Shown: positions 17,673 to 28,497 of the stretch, piece after piece
Layout of the letters: every line of letters starts with the position of its first letter
How positions within the stretch are numbered: the stretch's first letter is position 1
Assembly: GCA_937879955.1 (NCBI GenBank)
Contig: CALFMK010000001.1
Coordinates: 361,853-425,852 of the forward strand
Reading direction: 5' to 3'
DNA: 64,000 nucleotides
Source of the DNA: an uncultured bacterium
Lineage (GTDB): Bacteria; Patescibacteriota; Minisyncoccia; Phycocordibacterales; Phycocordibacteraceae
Program-made: the position numbers and the translations under genes
The notes under the pieces: generated by a model
What the model was told of the DNA's origin: nothing
The model's database searches: none
Seen by the model: only the letters and a program-made list of their open reading frames with translations

Positions 17673-18392
17673 TTATGGATTGAACGTGAGGAAGCCGGCG
17701 ACCTTCGCGAGCTCGATCGGAAGCGCGACCGAACCGAGCGCGCCTACGCCCACCTCGTACTTGTCGAAGTAGATCGTCATGACGCCATCATTGATGGACC
17801 AGTCAGAGAGCGAATCGATCGTGAGCTCATCCACGTACTCCGGCGACACGACCATCTCGGTCGCGTCTCCCGGCCGCCAGTCGAGCAGCTGCTGCTTCAC
17901 GAGCGCGACGAACGCATCCTGCTGCTCCGGCCTCACCGCATCCTTGATGCCGAGCACGGTATCGCTTCCCTTCTTCGCGGTGAAGACCTTGTAGAGACTC
18001 ATGCCGTTCGCGCCCCCGGTATAGAGATACTCGGCCATGACGATCGATTCGGTAGCGTCGCCCGCAAGGTACGTGGCCTTGAGGTCGATCGAGTAGTGCG
18101 CGGGCGGCGCATCGTCCCCGAACTGCGCGCGCATCTCGGGCACCTGCTCGTCCGCGGATGCCTTGAACGTCGCGACGGTCTCGTCGACGAACATGCGCGC
18201 CGCGACCGCGACCGCGCTGTCTCCTGTTATCATCGGACGCGTGCCGGTGAAATTCGGCTCCTGGATGTCCTCAGGCACGATCGATACCGGAACGGCTTCC
18301 TTGCCGGGCTTCATGACGACGAAGGACGCGATGCCTACCGCGATGATGATAAGCGTAACGATGCCCAGGATGATCGTGTGAGAGGTTTTCAT
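17673..18392 (-). CDS. DUF3298/RsiV-like membrane-anchored protein
   Basis: N-terminal TM; YLYTGGANG and IYFDKYEVGVGALG motifs. Confidence 0.75.
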   Translation of the reverse strand: MKTSHTIILGIVTLIIIAVGIASFVVMKPGKEAVPVSIVPEDIQEPNFTGTRPMITGDSAVAVAARMFVDETVATFKASADEQVPEMRAQFGDDAPPAHYSIDLKATYLAGDATESIVMAEYLYTGGANGMSLYKVFTAKKGSDTVLGIKDAVRPEQQDAFVALVKQQLLDWRPGDATEMVVSPEYVDELTIDSLSDWSINDGVMTIYFDKYEVGVGALGSVALPIELAKVAGFLTFNP

Positions 18393-18459
18393 AGGAATGT
18401 ATGTCTTCTAGCGTACGACTCCTCACGAGAAACGCAACGACACGCGGAACAGAAAGCAT

Positions 18460-18588
18460 GAAAGCCGCCCGATACGGGCGGCTTTCTCTCTAGGAGGAGA
18501 TATGAGGCGAGCTGTTTACGGCTTAGTTGTAAAAAGGTTCCAGCGCGAAGCCGGAAATAAGCCGTAAATAGCTTGTCTCAAACGTCCT
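18460..18588 (-). ncRNA. Candidate ~130-nt small RNA with its own promoter and terminator
   Basis: TTGCCC-17-TATTAT promoter (18623-18595); 23-bp stem 18503-18580; terminator aaagccgcccg..cgggcggcttt. Confidence 0.5.
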
Positions 18589-18718
18589 GTCAACATAATA
18601 CCCCGAAATGACGCGCGGGGCAATCAGGCCGTACGCTCTAAGGTTATGCACCGTGCCGCCGGACACCTCTATCGTGACCCGCCTATACTTAGAGCATTAT
18701 CTTTAAGGTCCTATCCTC

Positions 18719-18934
18719 ATGAACCACCTGAACACCGCTCCCGGATGCCATTGCAAGCATCATGTCGTACTGCCGATCCTCATCATCTTCTTCGGCATCC
18801 TATTCCTCCTAAACGCGCTCGGCATCGTGAGCGACGGATCCACCGCTCTCACCTGGCCGATCATCGTCATCTTCGGCGGCCTCGCGAAGCTCAGGGCAGG
18901 ACACTGCCGCTGCTACATGAATCCGTCTGCATAG
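18719..18934 (+). CDS. Small two-TM membrane protein with CxCxHH and CxC motifs
   Basis: GCHCKHH, two hydrophobic helices, HCRC; followed by a terminator at ~18954-18981. Confidence 0.7.
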   Translation: MNHLNTAPGCHCKHHVVLPILIIFFGILFLLNALGIVSDGSTALTWPIIVIFGGLAKLRAGHCRCYMNPSA

Positions 18935-18988
18935 GACACGGATACGGAGCAGCAAGAAAGCGCCCGCGAGGGCGCTTTCTTTATCGTG

Positions 18989-19059
18989 TTGCGGGGGCCG
19001 GAATCGAACCGGCGTCTGGAGGTTATGAGCCTCCCGAGGTACCTCTCCTCTACCCCGCT
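18989..19059 (-). tRNA. tRNA-fMet(CAU), initiator
   Basis: Anticodon loop CT-CAT-AA, unpaired 1:72 (A:A), T-loop TTCGATT. Confidence 0.88.
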
Positions 19060-19098
19060 ATAGGCATATAATACGCCACTTCGCGCCTTTTGCAACTC

Positions 19099-19692
19099 CT
19101 AGATCTCGCCGTGCTCGCGCATCACGACCTCGTACTGCGCGATGGTGCGATGCGCGAGGCGCTCGGTGAGCTGGAAGGCCGATCCGCTATGCGCTATCTC
19201 GTTACGCACCTTGTGCGCCTCCCAAGCATGCTGGAGCGAACGGAACCGTTCCGGATTCACCGCCTTGAGCTTCTCCCCCACCGATTGGCCCGGATATCCG
19301 AGCTGGGACAGGAGGTCGTCGAGCATGATGTCCGCCTCGATGATGGCCTGGCGCCATTCGCTCTCGTTCGGCCCCTCGACGAGCGAACGCACGTGCGCCC
19401 AGCGGCTATGGTCGCGCGCCTCCTCGGCCACATCCGCATGGATCGTCGCGTAGCGCGGCTCCTCGTCCTTGAGCGTCTGGTGGTACCGGAGCACGGCGTT
19501 CACGAACACGATCAGGAGCCCGATGGATACGATGAGGGAGATCGCGGTCGCGAACAGCCACACCTGGCTTGCGAGCTGCAGCAGGTCTCCTTGGAACGAC
19601 ACGCTGCGCGCCTGCACGATCAGCTCGTAGAGGAGCCTGAAGAAGTACTCGACGTTTATGAAATGGACCGCGGGCTCGGATGCGCTCTGCAT
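19099..19692 (-). CDS. Conserved hypothetical membrane protein
   Basis: One TM, then WRQAIIEADIMLD..GEKLK..AWEAHKVRNEIAH; start MQSASE at 19692. Confidence 0.7.
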   Translation of the reverse strand: MQSASEPAVHFINVEYFFRLLYELIVQARSVSFQGDLLQLASQVWLFATAISLIVSIGLLIVFVNAVLRYHQTLKDEEPRYATIHADVAEEARDHSRWAHVRSLVEGPNESEWRQAIIEADIMLDDLLSQLGYPGQSVGEKLKAVNPERFRSLQHAWEAHKVRNEIAHSGSAFQLTERLAHRTIAQYEVVMREHGEI

Positions 19693-19699
19693 CCCTCGA

Positions 19700-21127
19700 T
19701 TATAGCGTCTCTCCGGACACGAGCGCGCCGATTCTGAACAGGAGGTCGTCCGCGCCCAGCGGCGCGGTGAGGTGGATGCCGGTCGGGAGCGAAACGCCAT
19801 CGCGCTCCACATCACCCATCGGGACCGAGATTGCCGGCATGCCGGTCAGGTTCGCCGTCACCGTGAACACGTCCTCGAGGTACATGGAGACCGGATCGGA
19901 CTTCTCCCCGAAGCGGAACGCCGGGGACGGCGTCGTCGGGAACGCGATCACGTCGCAGGACTCGAAGGCAGCATCATACTCTGCGCGGAGCACGCCACGC
20001 GCCTTGTCCGCCTTGCGGTAGTACGCGTCGATGTATCCCGAGGAGAGGACGAACGTGCCGAGCAGGATGCGGCGGACGGTCTCCGACCCGAAGCCCGCCG
20101 TCTTCGACTTCACGTAGTCCTCGAGAAGGGTCGCTCCGCGCTCGGCGAGGCCGTACCGCACGCCGTCGAAGCGCGCAAGGTTCGTGGACGCCTCCGCCGG
20201 CATGATCACGTAGTACACCGGGAGCGCGTAGCCGCTCGTCGGGAGCGACACGTCCACGAGCGTGTGGCCCAGAGCCTCGAGCTTCGCGAGCGTCTCCTCG
20301 AAGCGGGCGAGCACGTCGGCGTCGAGACCCTCCAGGAGGAGGTGGCGCGGCACGCCGATGCGCAGGCGCTCCCTTGCCTCTTTCGGGGCATAGGTATAAG
20401 GCGTGATGGTCGTCGCATCCATGGGATCGGTCCCCTTCATGGCGTCGAACAATATCTTCGCGTCGGCCACCGACTTGGCGAGCGGGCCTGCCTGGTCGAG
20501 GGAAGAGCCGAGCGCGATGAGGCCGGAGCGCGAGATCGCGCCGTAGGTAGGCTTCAGTCCCACGAGTCCGGTATGCGCCGCCGGCTGACGGATCGAACCG
20601 CCCGTGTCCGTACCGAGTCCGGCGATGGCCATATGCGCCGCCACCGCTGCGGCCGAGCCGCCGGACGAGCCGCCTGCGGTGCGCCCCGTATCGATCGGGT
20701 TCTTCGCGGGACCGTACGCGGAATGCTCCGTGGAGGAACCCATGGCGAACTCGTCCATGTTCGCACGTCCGACGAAGAGCGCGCCGGCATCCTTCAGCTT
20801 CTTCGTCACGGTCGCGTCGTAGGTCGCGACATGGTTCGCGAGCATCTTCGAGGCGGCAGAGGCGACATGGCCCTCGACGAGGATATTGTCCTTCATGGCG
20901 AGCGGGATGCCGCAGAGCATAGGCGCGTCTCCGCGGTCGATGCGCTCCTGCGCGGCGATGATAGCCGCGTCATCGGCGTCGAAGAGCTCGAGGTACGCGT
21001 TGAGCTCCGGATTCTTTGCTGCAGCAGCGGACGCGCACGCATCCCAGAGCTCGCGCACGGAGAACTCCTTGGCGCGCAGGCCCTTCGCCGCTTCGGTTAT
21101 GGTGAGCTCGTTCAGGGGCTTAGTCAT
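19700..21127 (-). CDS. gatA: Asp/Glu-tRNA amidotransferase subunit A
   Basis: Amidase signature GGSSGGSAAAV..GTDTGGSIRQPA. Confidence 0.95.
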   Translation of the reverse strand: MTKPLNELTITEAAKGLRAKEFSVRELWDACASAAAAKNPELNAYLELFDADDAAIIAAQERIDRGDAPMLCGIPLAMKDNILVEGHVASAASKMLANHVATYDATVTKKLKDAGALFVGRANMDEFAMGSSTEHSAYGPAKNPIDTGRTAGGSSGGSAAAVAAHMAIAGLGTDTGGSIRQPAAHTGLVGLKPTYGAISRSGLIALGSSLDQAGPLAKSVADAKILFDAMKGTDPMDATTITPYTYAPKEARERLRIGVPRHLLLEGLDADVLARFEETLAKLEALGHTLVDVSLPTSGYALPVYYVIMPAEASTNLARFDGVRYGLAERGATLLEDYVKSKTAGFGSETVRRILLGTFVLSSGYIDAYYRKADKARGVLRAEYDAAFESCDVIAFPTTPSPAFRFGEKSDPVSMYLEDVFTVTANLTGMPAISVPMGDVERDGVSLPTGIHLTAPLGADDLLFRIGALVSGETL

Positions 21128-21422
21128 GGCTGATGATCTTCTTCACGGAGAGGCTGTCGCCCTCCTTCTGCGGGAACTGCGCGACGAGCGCCTTAGTCCA
21201 CGTACCGGACTCGTACTCGCCGCCGTCGGTGCGCAGCACATTATGGAGCGGCGGGACCTCGAGTCCTGCCTCGGGGAGCGTGAGCTCGTCGAGCTTCCCC
21301 ACGTACGCGAGGATGCTGTCGAACTCGGCCGCGAACCGCTCCAGGTCGGCTTCGGGGACATCGACGCGCGCGAGCGCCGCTAAGCGCTTCACGTCCTCGC
21401 TGGTTGCCTTGGCTGTGCTCAT
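21120..21422 (-). CDS. gatC: Asp/Glu-tRNA amidotransferase subunit C
   Basis: VKRLAALARV..ILAYVGKLDEL..NVLRTD; adjacent to gatA. Confidence 0.9.
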   Translation of the reverse strand: MSTAKATSEDVKRLAALARVDVPEADLERFAAEFDSILAYVGKLDELTLPEAGLEVPPLHNVLRTDGGEYESGTWTKALVAQFPQKEGDSLSVKKIISHD

Positions 21423-21434
21423 AGGAGCAATCTA

Positions 21435-23462
<2,028 letters not shown>

Positions 23463-23485
23463 CTACGTCATCGGGGCGCTCAGGG

Positions 23486-24751
23486 TCAGTAGGAGATGAC
23501 CACGAACCCGCCGCCGCCTGCGCCGCCTGTCTGCGTGCCCGAATAGCCTGCCGCACCGCCGCCGCCTGCGCCGCGCCCGCCCGCACCGCCGTTACCGCCA
23601 TACCAGCCCGCACCGCCACCGCCGGCACCGAATCCTCCTGCGCTGCCGTTCATGTTGTTCGGAGCCGATGATCCAGAACCCGGACCGGTACCCGGTGTGC
23701 CAACCGGCGATCCTGCTGCCGTAAGCGCCGCAAAGAGCCCGCTGACATCTGTCGGCGTTCCTCCGGTCCCGCCAGCAGCGCCACCTGACGCCCCGCTACC
23801 GCCACCTATCGATCCACCGCCACCGCCACCCGTATCCCCGGACGTGCCGGAACCGGAACCTCCAGTTGCACCGCCGTCGCCGCCCGAATATGATCCGCCA
23901 CTTCCTGCAGAGCCGCTATTGTAAGAGCCTCCTGTCCCGCCGTTTCCAGATATCGTCGTACCGCCAACGGTAACGGTCGTATTGCCTCCGGAGGTACCGT
24001 TACTGCTCGAGGAGCCGCCGGCGCCGGTAGCACCGATAGCATAGGAAACCGTACTGCCGCCAGTCACGACGAACGTCCGGTACGACACGCCGCCTGCGCC
24101 GCCTGCGCCGCCCGACGTGCCGTCATTAGCAATCGAACCTGCGCCGCCGCCGCCGCCGCCAACTGCCCACACCTTGATCGAAGTTACGCCCGTCGGCACG
24201 GACCAGCTCGTCCCTGACGTGAGGAGCACACTTCCGCTCGGCACCACGATCGGCGGAATGGCCGTCGTCGAGGCGTCGTAGGTCACCTTGAGCCCGCGCT
24301 CGATGCGTCTCGGGTCCGAGGTACTGCAGGAGTTGTAGCCGGTAGCATAGATGCAGCTGGTCGCCGACGTGCCGCTACAGATGGGACCGTTCGTCTTATA
24401 GACCGTCACGGAACCGCTCACGCCGTTCGCGCAGGGCGTCGAGAACGTCGTCGTGCGAATACCTCCGGAGACGCTCGTCACGGGCGTTATGTCGGTCGCG
24501 GCGCATCTGATCGTAGAGAGCGGAGTCGTGTAGTCGAACGCGTTCTGCTTCTGGTCCCAGTAGAGGGCGCATTCCATGGCGGCGTCGGCGGCATAGAACG
24601 CGTACTGCGACTGGCGGGCGGTCGAGGAGAGCGTCACCTGCTTGTATGAGATATCGAGGAGCGCGAGGCCGATCGAGAGGAGCACCGAAGTGAGCACCAC
24701 GGCGACCAGGAGCGCGAATCCGCGTGTCTGCGTGTTCATGAGGTTCATCAT
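23486..24751 (-). CDS. PilX-like minor pilin with a long glycine-rich C-terminal domain
   Basis: RGFALLVAVV..AFYAADAAMECALYWD; C-terminal ~230 aa of GGGGG repeats; ATGA overlap. Confidence 0.8.
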   Translation of the reverse strand: MMNLMNTQTRGFALLVAVVLTSVLLSIGLALLDISYKQVTLSSTARQSQYAFYAADAAMECALYWDQKQNAFDYTTPLSTIRCAATDITPVTSVSGGIRTTTFSTPCANGVSGSVTVYKTNGPICSGTSATSCIYATGYNSCSTSDPRRIERGLKVTYDASTTAIPPIVVPSGSVLLTSGTSWSVPTGVTSIKVWAVGGGGGGAGSIANDGTSGGAGGAGGVSYRTFVVTGGSTVSYAIGATGAGGSSSSNGTSGGNTTVTVGGTTISGNGGTGGSYNSGSAGSGGSYSGGDGGATGGSGSGTSGDTGGGGGGSIGGGSGASGGAAGGTGGTPTDVSGLFAALTAAGSPVGTPGTGPGSGSSAPNNMNGSAGGFGAGGGGAGWYGGNGGAGGRGAGGGGAAGYSGTQTGGAGGGGFVVISY

Positions 24752-25284
24752 AGCCAATCGTAGAGGCGTTCGGTTATCACCACGGTGCGCGCCTGCCCGC
24801 GCGAGGTCCAGGCGACCGTGACCGTGAGGACCATCTCCGTAGTGCTTCCCGCCACGGCCGTGAGGCGGACCGTGCGGGTATACGGGGTCGTCGTGCCTGA
24901 TCCTCCCTGCCCATAGAAGCCGGACGCGTCGAGCGTCATGGGCGCGACCGTCCTGCTCACGGTGTTGCGCACGATGTCTACGACGCAGTCCCCCGTTATG
25001 CAGTTCGCGTACGTGGTCGGGTACCCGGCAGTCCCGTCGACGCCCGCGAGCCAGGTCCGCGCGCCCGGGTTCGCGATGTTGTAGAGGTAATTGCTGTCGC
25101 GCATGGCCCGGACGTACTCCACGCCCTCCTGGGCGAGCGAGGACGCGACGAGCTGCTCGCGCGCATTCCTCGATATGTTGAGCGACTGCTGCACCGCGTA
25201 CAAGGGACCCACGATAGCCGTCAGGATCACCGTGATGGCCACGAGCGTCTCTACGAGCGTGAATCCTCTCATCGGTGTCATCAT
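24748..25284 (-). CDS. Minor type IV pilin (PilV-like)
   Basis: GFTLVETLVAI class III signal. Confidence 0.85.
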   Translation of the reverse strand: MMTPMRGFTLVETLVAITVILTAIVGPLYAVQQSLNISRNAREQLVASSLAQEGVEYVRAMRDSNYLYNIANPGARTWLAGVDGTAGYPTTYANCITGDCVVDIVRNTVSRTVAPMTLDASGFYGQGGSGTTTPYTRTVRLTAVAGSTTEMVLTVTVAWTSRGQARTVVITERLYDWL

Positions 25285-25835
25285 ATCTCGAGATAGCGCT
25301 GGGTCGCGCTCGTCTGCACGGCGAAGTTCGTCGTCTCCCCCGCATCCGTCGTCATGGTGCCCTTCAAGGCGAAGGTCACCTGCGGCTGGATGCGGTCGGT
25401 CGCGCCGACGCCGACCACGTAGAACTTGAGCGAGGTGATCGAGATGCGCGGGTCAGTGAGCGAGACGGCGGTCGCGCTCGTGCACACGCCGCCCGTGCAC
25501 TGACCGATGCTCCCATTGGACTTCAGGAGGTAGGTTACCGTCTGGCCCTGCGCGTCGACGAAGGCGATGCTCGTCCCGCCCGACGAGCAGTTGGGCGACG
25601 AGCTGCTCTGGTTGCACATGTAGGTCGTGCCGGTGCGCATCGAGCGGGCCATGCTCTCCACCGCGAACGCGAGCGTCGCCGAGAGCTGGTTGCTCGCGCG
25701 CGACTGGCGATCGAGGCTGATGAGCGTGAGGTACGCGCCGGTGACGACCACCATCACCATGCTGAAGAGGCCGAGCGATACGATGAGCTCGACCAGGGTA
25801 TATCCGCGCTTCGTCCGTGCGTTCATCATGGGCAT
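25281..25835 (-). CDS. Minor type IV pilin (PilW-like)
   Basis: GYTLVELIVSL class III signal. Confidence 0.85.
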   Translation of the reverse strand: MPMMNARTKRGYTLVELIVSLGLFSMVMVVVTGAYLTLISLDRQSRASNQLSATLAFAVESMARSMRTGTTYMCNQSSSSPNCSSGGTSIAFVDAQGQTVTYLLKSNGSIGQCTGGVCTSATAVSLTDPRISITSLKFYVVGVGATDRIQPQVTFALKGTMTTDAGETTNFAVQTSATQRYLEI

Positions 25836-26491
25836 TCCGTATCTCCCTTAGTATGCACCGAGACCTGCCCGACGCGTGAGACGTAGATGCACCGCTCGAC
25901 CGCGCCGTCGGGCGACTGGACGCGGATGGTCGCGTCCGAGAGCGGGACGCGCACGCCCGCGCGCACGCCCGTCACCACGGACTGCGTATTCGGGCGCTGA
26001 TAGACGATATCGAGCGCATCGAGGTAGTCGTTGCAGCGCAGGGTACCCACGCCCGTCTCGACGCCGCAGAAGCTCTTTATCTTGAACCCGCCGTTGAAGC
26101 TGTACGTGCGCACGATCTCCGAGGCGAGCGTCTGGATGCAGTCTCCCGGCTTCGCCTCAGGGCCCGTGGAGACCGTATGCCCCGGACAGACGGATGCCGT
26201 CTGCACGTTGCCGGCTGCGACCGGCGAGATGTCGGCGAAGAGGCTGTACGCGTTCAGGGTGCCGGACGAGAAATGGACCCCGTACCCCGCGTTCTGTACG
26301 CTGCTGAATACGCGGCTCGAGAGGCCGAGCGACTGCGCCTCGCGCACCAAGAACGCGATCGTATAGGCGGTATCGGTGAGCGTGAGGGAACGGTTGAAGG
26401 AGGTCTGTCCGAGCAGCGCGATGGTCGTGATGATCACCATGATCGACACCACCACGAGCATCTCTACCAGGGTGAACCCTCGGGCAGGCAT
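25826..26491 (-). CDS. Minor type IV pilin (FimT/FimU-like)
   Basis: GFTLVEMLVVV class III signal; REAQS..YGVHF. Confidence 0.85.
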   Translation of the reverse strand: MPARGFTLVEMLVVVSIMVIITTIALLGQTSFNRSLTLTDTAYTIAFLVREAQSLGLSSRVFSSVQNAGYGVHFSSGTLNAYSLFADISPVAAGNVQTASVCPGHTVSTGPEAKPGDCIQTLASEIVRTYSFNGGFKIKSFCGVETGVGTLRCNDYLDALDIVYQRPNTQSVVTGVRAGVRVPLSDATIRVQSPDGAVERCIYVSRVGQVSVHTKGDTECP

Positions 26492-26496
26492 GGGGC

Positions 26497-27255
26497 TTAG
26501 AGTGTGAGGAAGAGAGGGTTCCATTGGGTGAAGAACGCGAGGAGGTATCCCGCAGCGAGGAACGGCACGAAGGGCACTTCAATACCCATTCTATGGCCTT
26601 TAGGGGTAGCGGCCAATATCGCTATCCCGACAAGCGCGCCGATCCAGAACGAGAACAGGAGTCCCGGTATGGCGAGCGAGCCGCCGACCAGGATCGAGAG
26701 CGAGAGCGCCACGGGCGCGTCCCCGAGCCCCATGGCACGCCCGCCGGAGAGCGTGTGGAGGAGGAAGAAGCCGAGCGATATCACGCCCGCTACCATGAGC
26801 GCGAGACCGAGCTGCACTCCCCACCCCATAGAGAAGAGCGCATACAGGAACGAGAACGCGAGGAGCAGCGCAGAGGAGGCCATGGGCACTATGGTGTGCC
26901 GGAGGTCGTACATGACAATGAAGGCGAGGACCGTGAACGCGGCGAGGAGCGGCGCGAGCGGAAGCATGAGACCGACCTTTATATACGCGAGCGCGAACGC
27001 GGTCCCGAGCAGGAACTCGCCGAGCGTGTAGAGGAATGGCACCCGCGCATGGCACGTGCGACACCGCCCGCGGAATGCGAGCCAGGAGAGGACCGGTACC
27101 AGATCAGGCGCCGAGAGTTCCCTGTTGCAGGAGTTGCAGTGCGAGCGCCCCTTCGCCCAGGACTGTCCGGTATAGAGGCGTTCAGCAATCACCGCCATGA
27201 AGCTCGCGAGGATGGAGCCGAGCGCGAAGAAGGCGAAGGCGATGAGGTACGTCAT
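26497..27255 (-). CDS. pilD: Prepilin peptidase
   Basis: RSHCNSC..GRCRTC, YDLRH, MGLGD and PFVPFL motifs. Confidence 0.92.
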   Translation of the reverse strand: MTYLIAFAFFALGSILASFMAVIAERLYTGQSWAKGRSHCNSCNRELSAPDLVPVLSWLAFRGRCRTCHARVPFLYTLGEFLLGTAFALAYIKVGLMLPLAPLLAAFTVLAFIVMYDLRHTIVPMASSALLLAFSFLYALFSMGWGVQLGLALMVAGVISLGFFLLHTLSGGRAMGLGDAPVALSLSILVGGSLAIPGLLFSFWIGALVGIAILAATPKGHRMGIEVPFVPFLAAGYLLAFFTQWNPLFLTL

Positions 27256-27337
27256 GAGATCAGTATACCTCGCATACTGAAGGCAAAAGAAAGAATCCGC
27301 CTCAAGGCGGATTCTTTCTTTGAAATCACGAGACTAC

Positions 27338-27817
27338 TTAGTTGCAGTCCTGGTCGCCACTGGCAATCTTGTAGGTTGCCGTAGTAGTAGCGTCTCCGCT
27401 CGAATCAACGCAGTAGAATCCCGACGTCTTAAGAGGGACAGAAGCAGCCCATGCCGTTGCGGTCGCGAAGCAAGTCTCAGCCACGGTGTCATAGGAAGTG
27501 TTGCTACGACCATACGCGGTAATAGCAGCATCAACGCCATCTCCGATGACGTTCACCCCTACCGTGTTGCAGACGCTGGCGTAACTGTTGTTATTGCCGT
27601 CAAAATACAACTCAGCCTCCGCACGAGCATTCGCGAGGTTCGACTTCACTGCTGCGTCCGCGCCGCGATTACGCGCCGTGTTGAGGGACGCGAGCACTAC
27701 TGCCGAAAGGATACCGATAATTGCAATCACGACGAGAAGCTCGATGAGCGTGAAGCCGCGGGAAGTGTTGGGTGACGACATAATATTAGGATTCTTCATG
27801 AACGTACTATACGACAT
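27338..27817 (-). CDS. Type IV major-type pilin (start may be 27799 or 27781)
   Basis: RGFTLIELLVVIAIIGILSAVVLASLNTAR; C-terminal Cys pairs. Confidence 0.9.
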   Translation of the reverse strand: MSYSTFMKNPNIMSSPNTSRGFTLIELLVVIAIIGILSAVVLASLNTARNRGADAAVKSNLANARAEAELYFDGNNNSYASVCNTVGVNVIGDGVDAAITAYGRSNTSYDTVAETCFATATAWAASVPLKTSGFYCVDSSGDATTTATYKIASGDQDCN

Positions 27818-27905
27818 ACTTGCTACCCTTTAGGCAGAGGGTATATGGGGATAACAAAAGCGCCCGTTTCGCGGGCGCTTTTGCAGGTAACAGAATCTGC
27901 AGGGC

Positions 27906-28376
27906 CTAGCAGGCGTAGTCAGTACCGCTTGTGATAATACCTACTGCAGAGGTCGTAGCAGCACCGGTGCTGTCGACACAGTAGACGGTCGTACCACCCT
28001 TGAGACCGACGGCCGCTGCCCAAGCAGTTGCGCTCGCGTTACATACCGCAGTCGAACCAGAGCTACCGGCGCTGTTTGTGCTGTAGGAAGTGAAGCCGGC
28101 AGCGGCAGCAGCAGCCTGAACACTGTCTCCGATGACGTTGGCTGTCGTCGTGTTCGCACAAACGCCGGTATAAACATTGTTGTTGCTGTCATAGAACAGC
28201 TCAGCCTCCGCGCGAGCATTGGCGAGGTTCGACTTAACAGCTGCGTCCGCGCCGCGATTACGCGCCGTGTTGAGGGACGCGAGGACGACGGATGAGAGGA
28301 TGCCGATGATGGCGATCACGACGAGAAGCTCGATGAGCGTGAAGCCGCGTTCAGCCTTAAGGTGTCCGAGAGTCAT
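27906..28376 (-). CDS. Type IV major-type pilin
   Basis: RGFTLIELLVVIAIIGILSSVVLASLNTAR; terminator at 27855-27883. Confidence 0.92.
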   Translation of the reverse strand: MTLGHLKAERGFTLIELLVVIAIIGILSSVVLASLNTARNRGADAAVKSNLANARAEAELFYDSNNNVYTGVCANTTTANVIGDSVQAAAAAAGFTSYSTNSAGSSGSTAVCNASATAWAAAVGLKGGTTVYCVDSTGAATTSAVGIITSGTDYAC

Positions 28377-28497
28377 AAATGTCTATAAAAGTAAGTTATT
28401 GCGCAGGATGGGTAATATCCGCTTCCCTGCATTGTACGCCACGCCCTCTCTTCATATTCGGATTATGGGGATAACAGCTTGATTTTTATTAACTTTC

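Noticed and set aside
27338-28376. Diversity-generating retroelement or shufflon acting on pilins
   Set aside because: No reverse transcriptase or recombinase in the window, and no TR/VR pair with adenine-specific differences.
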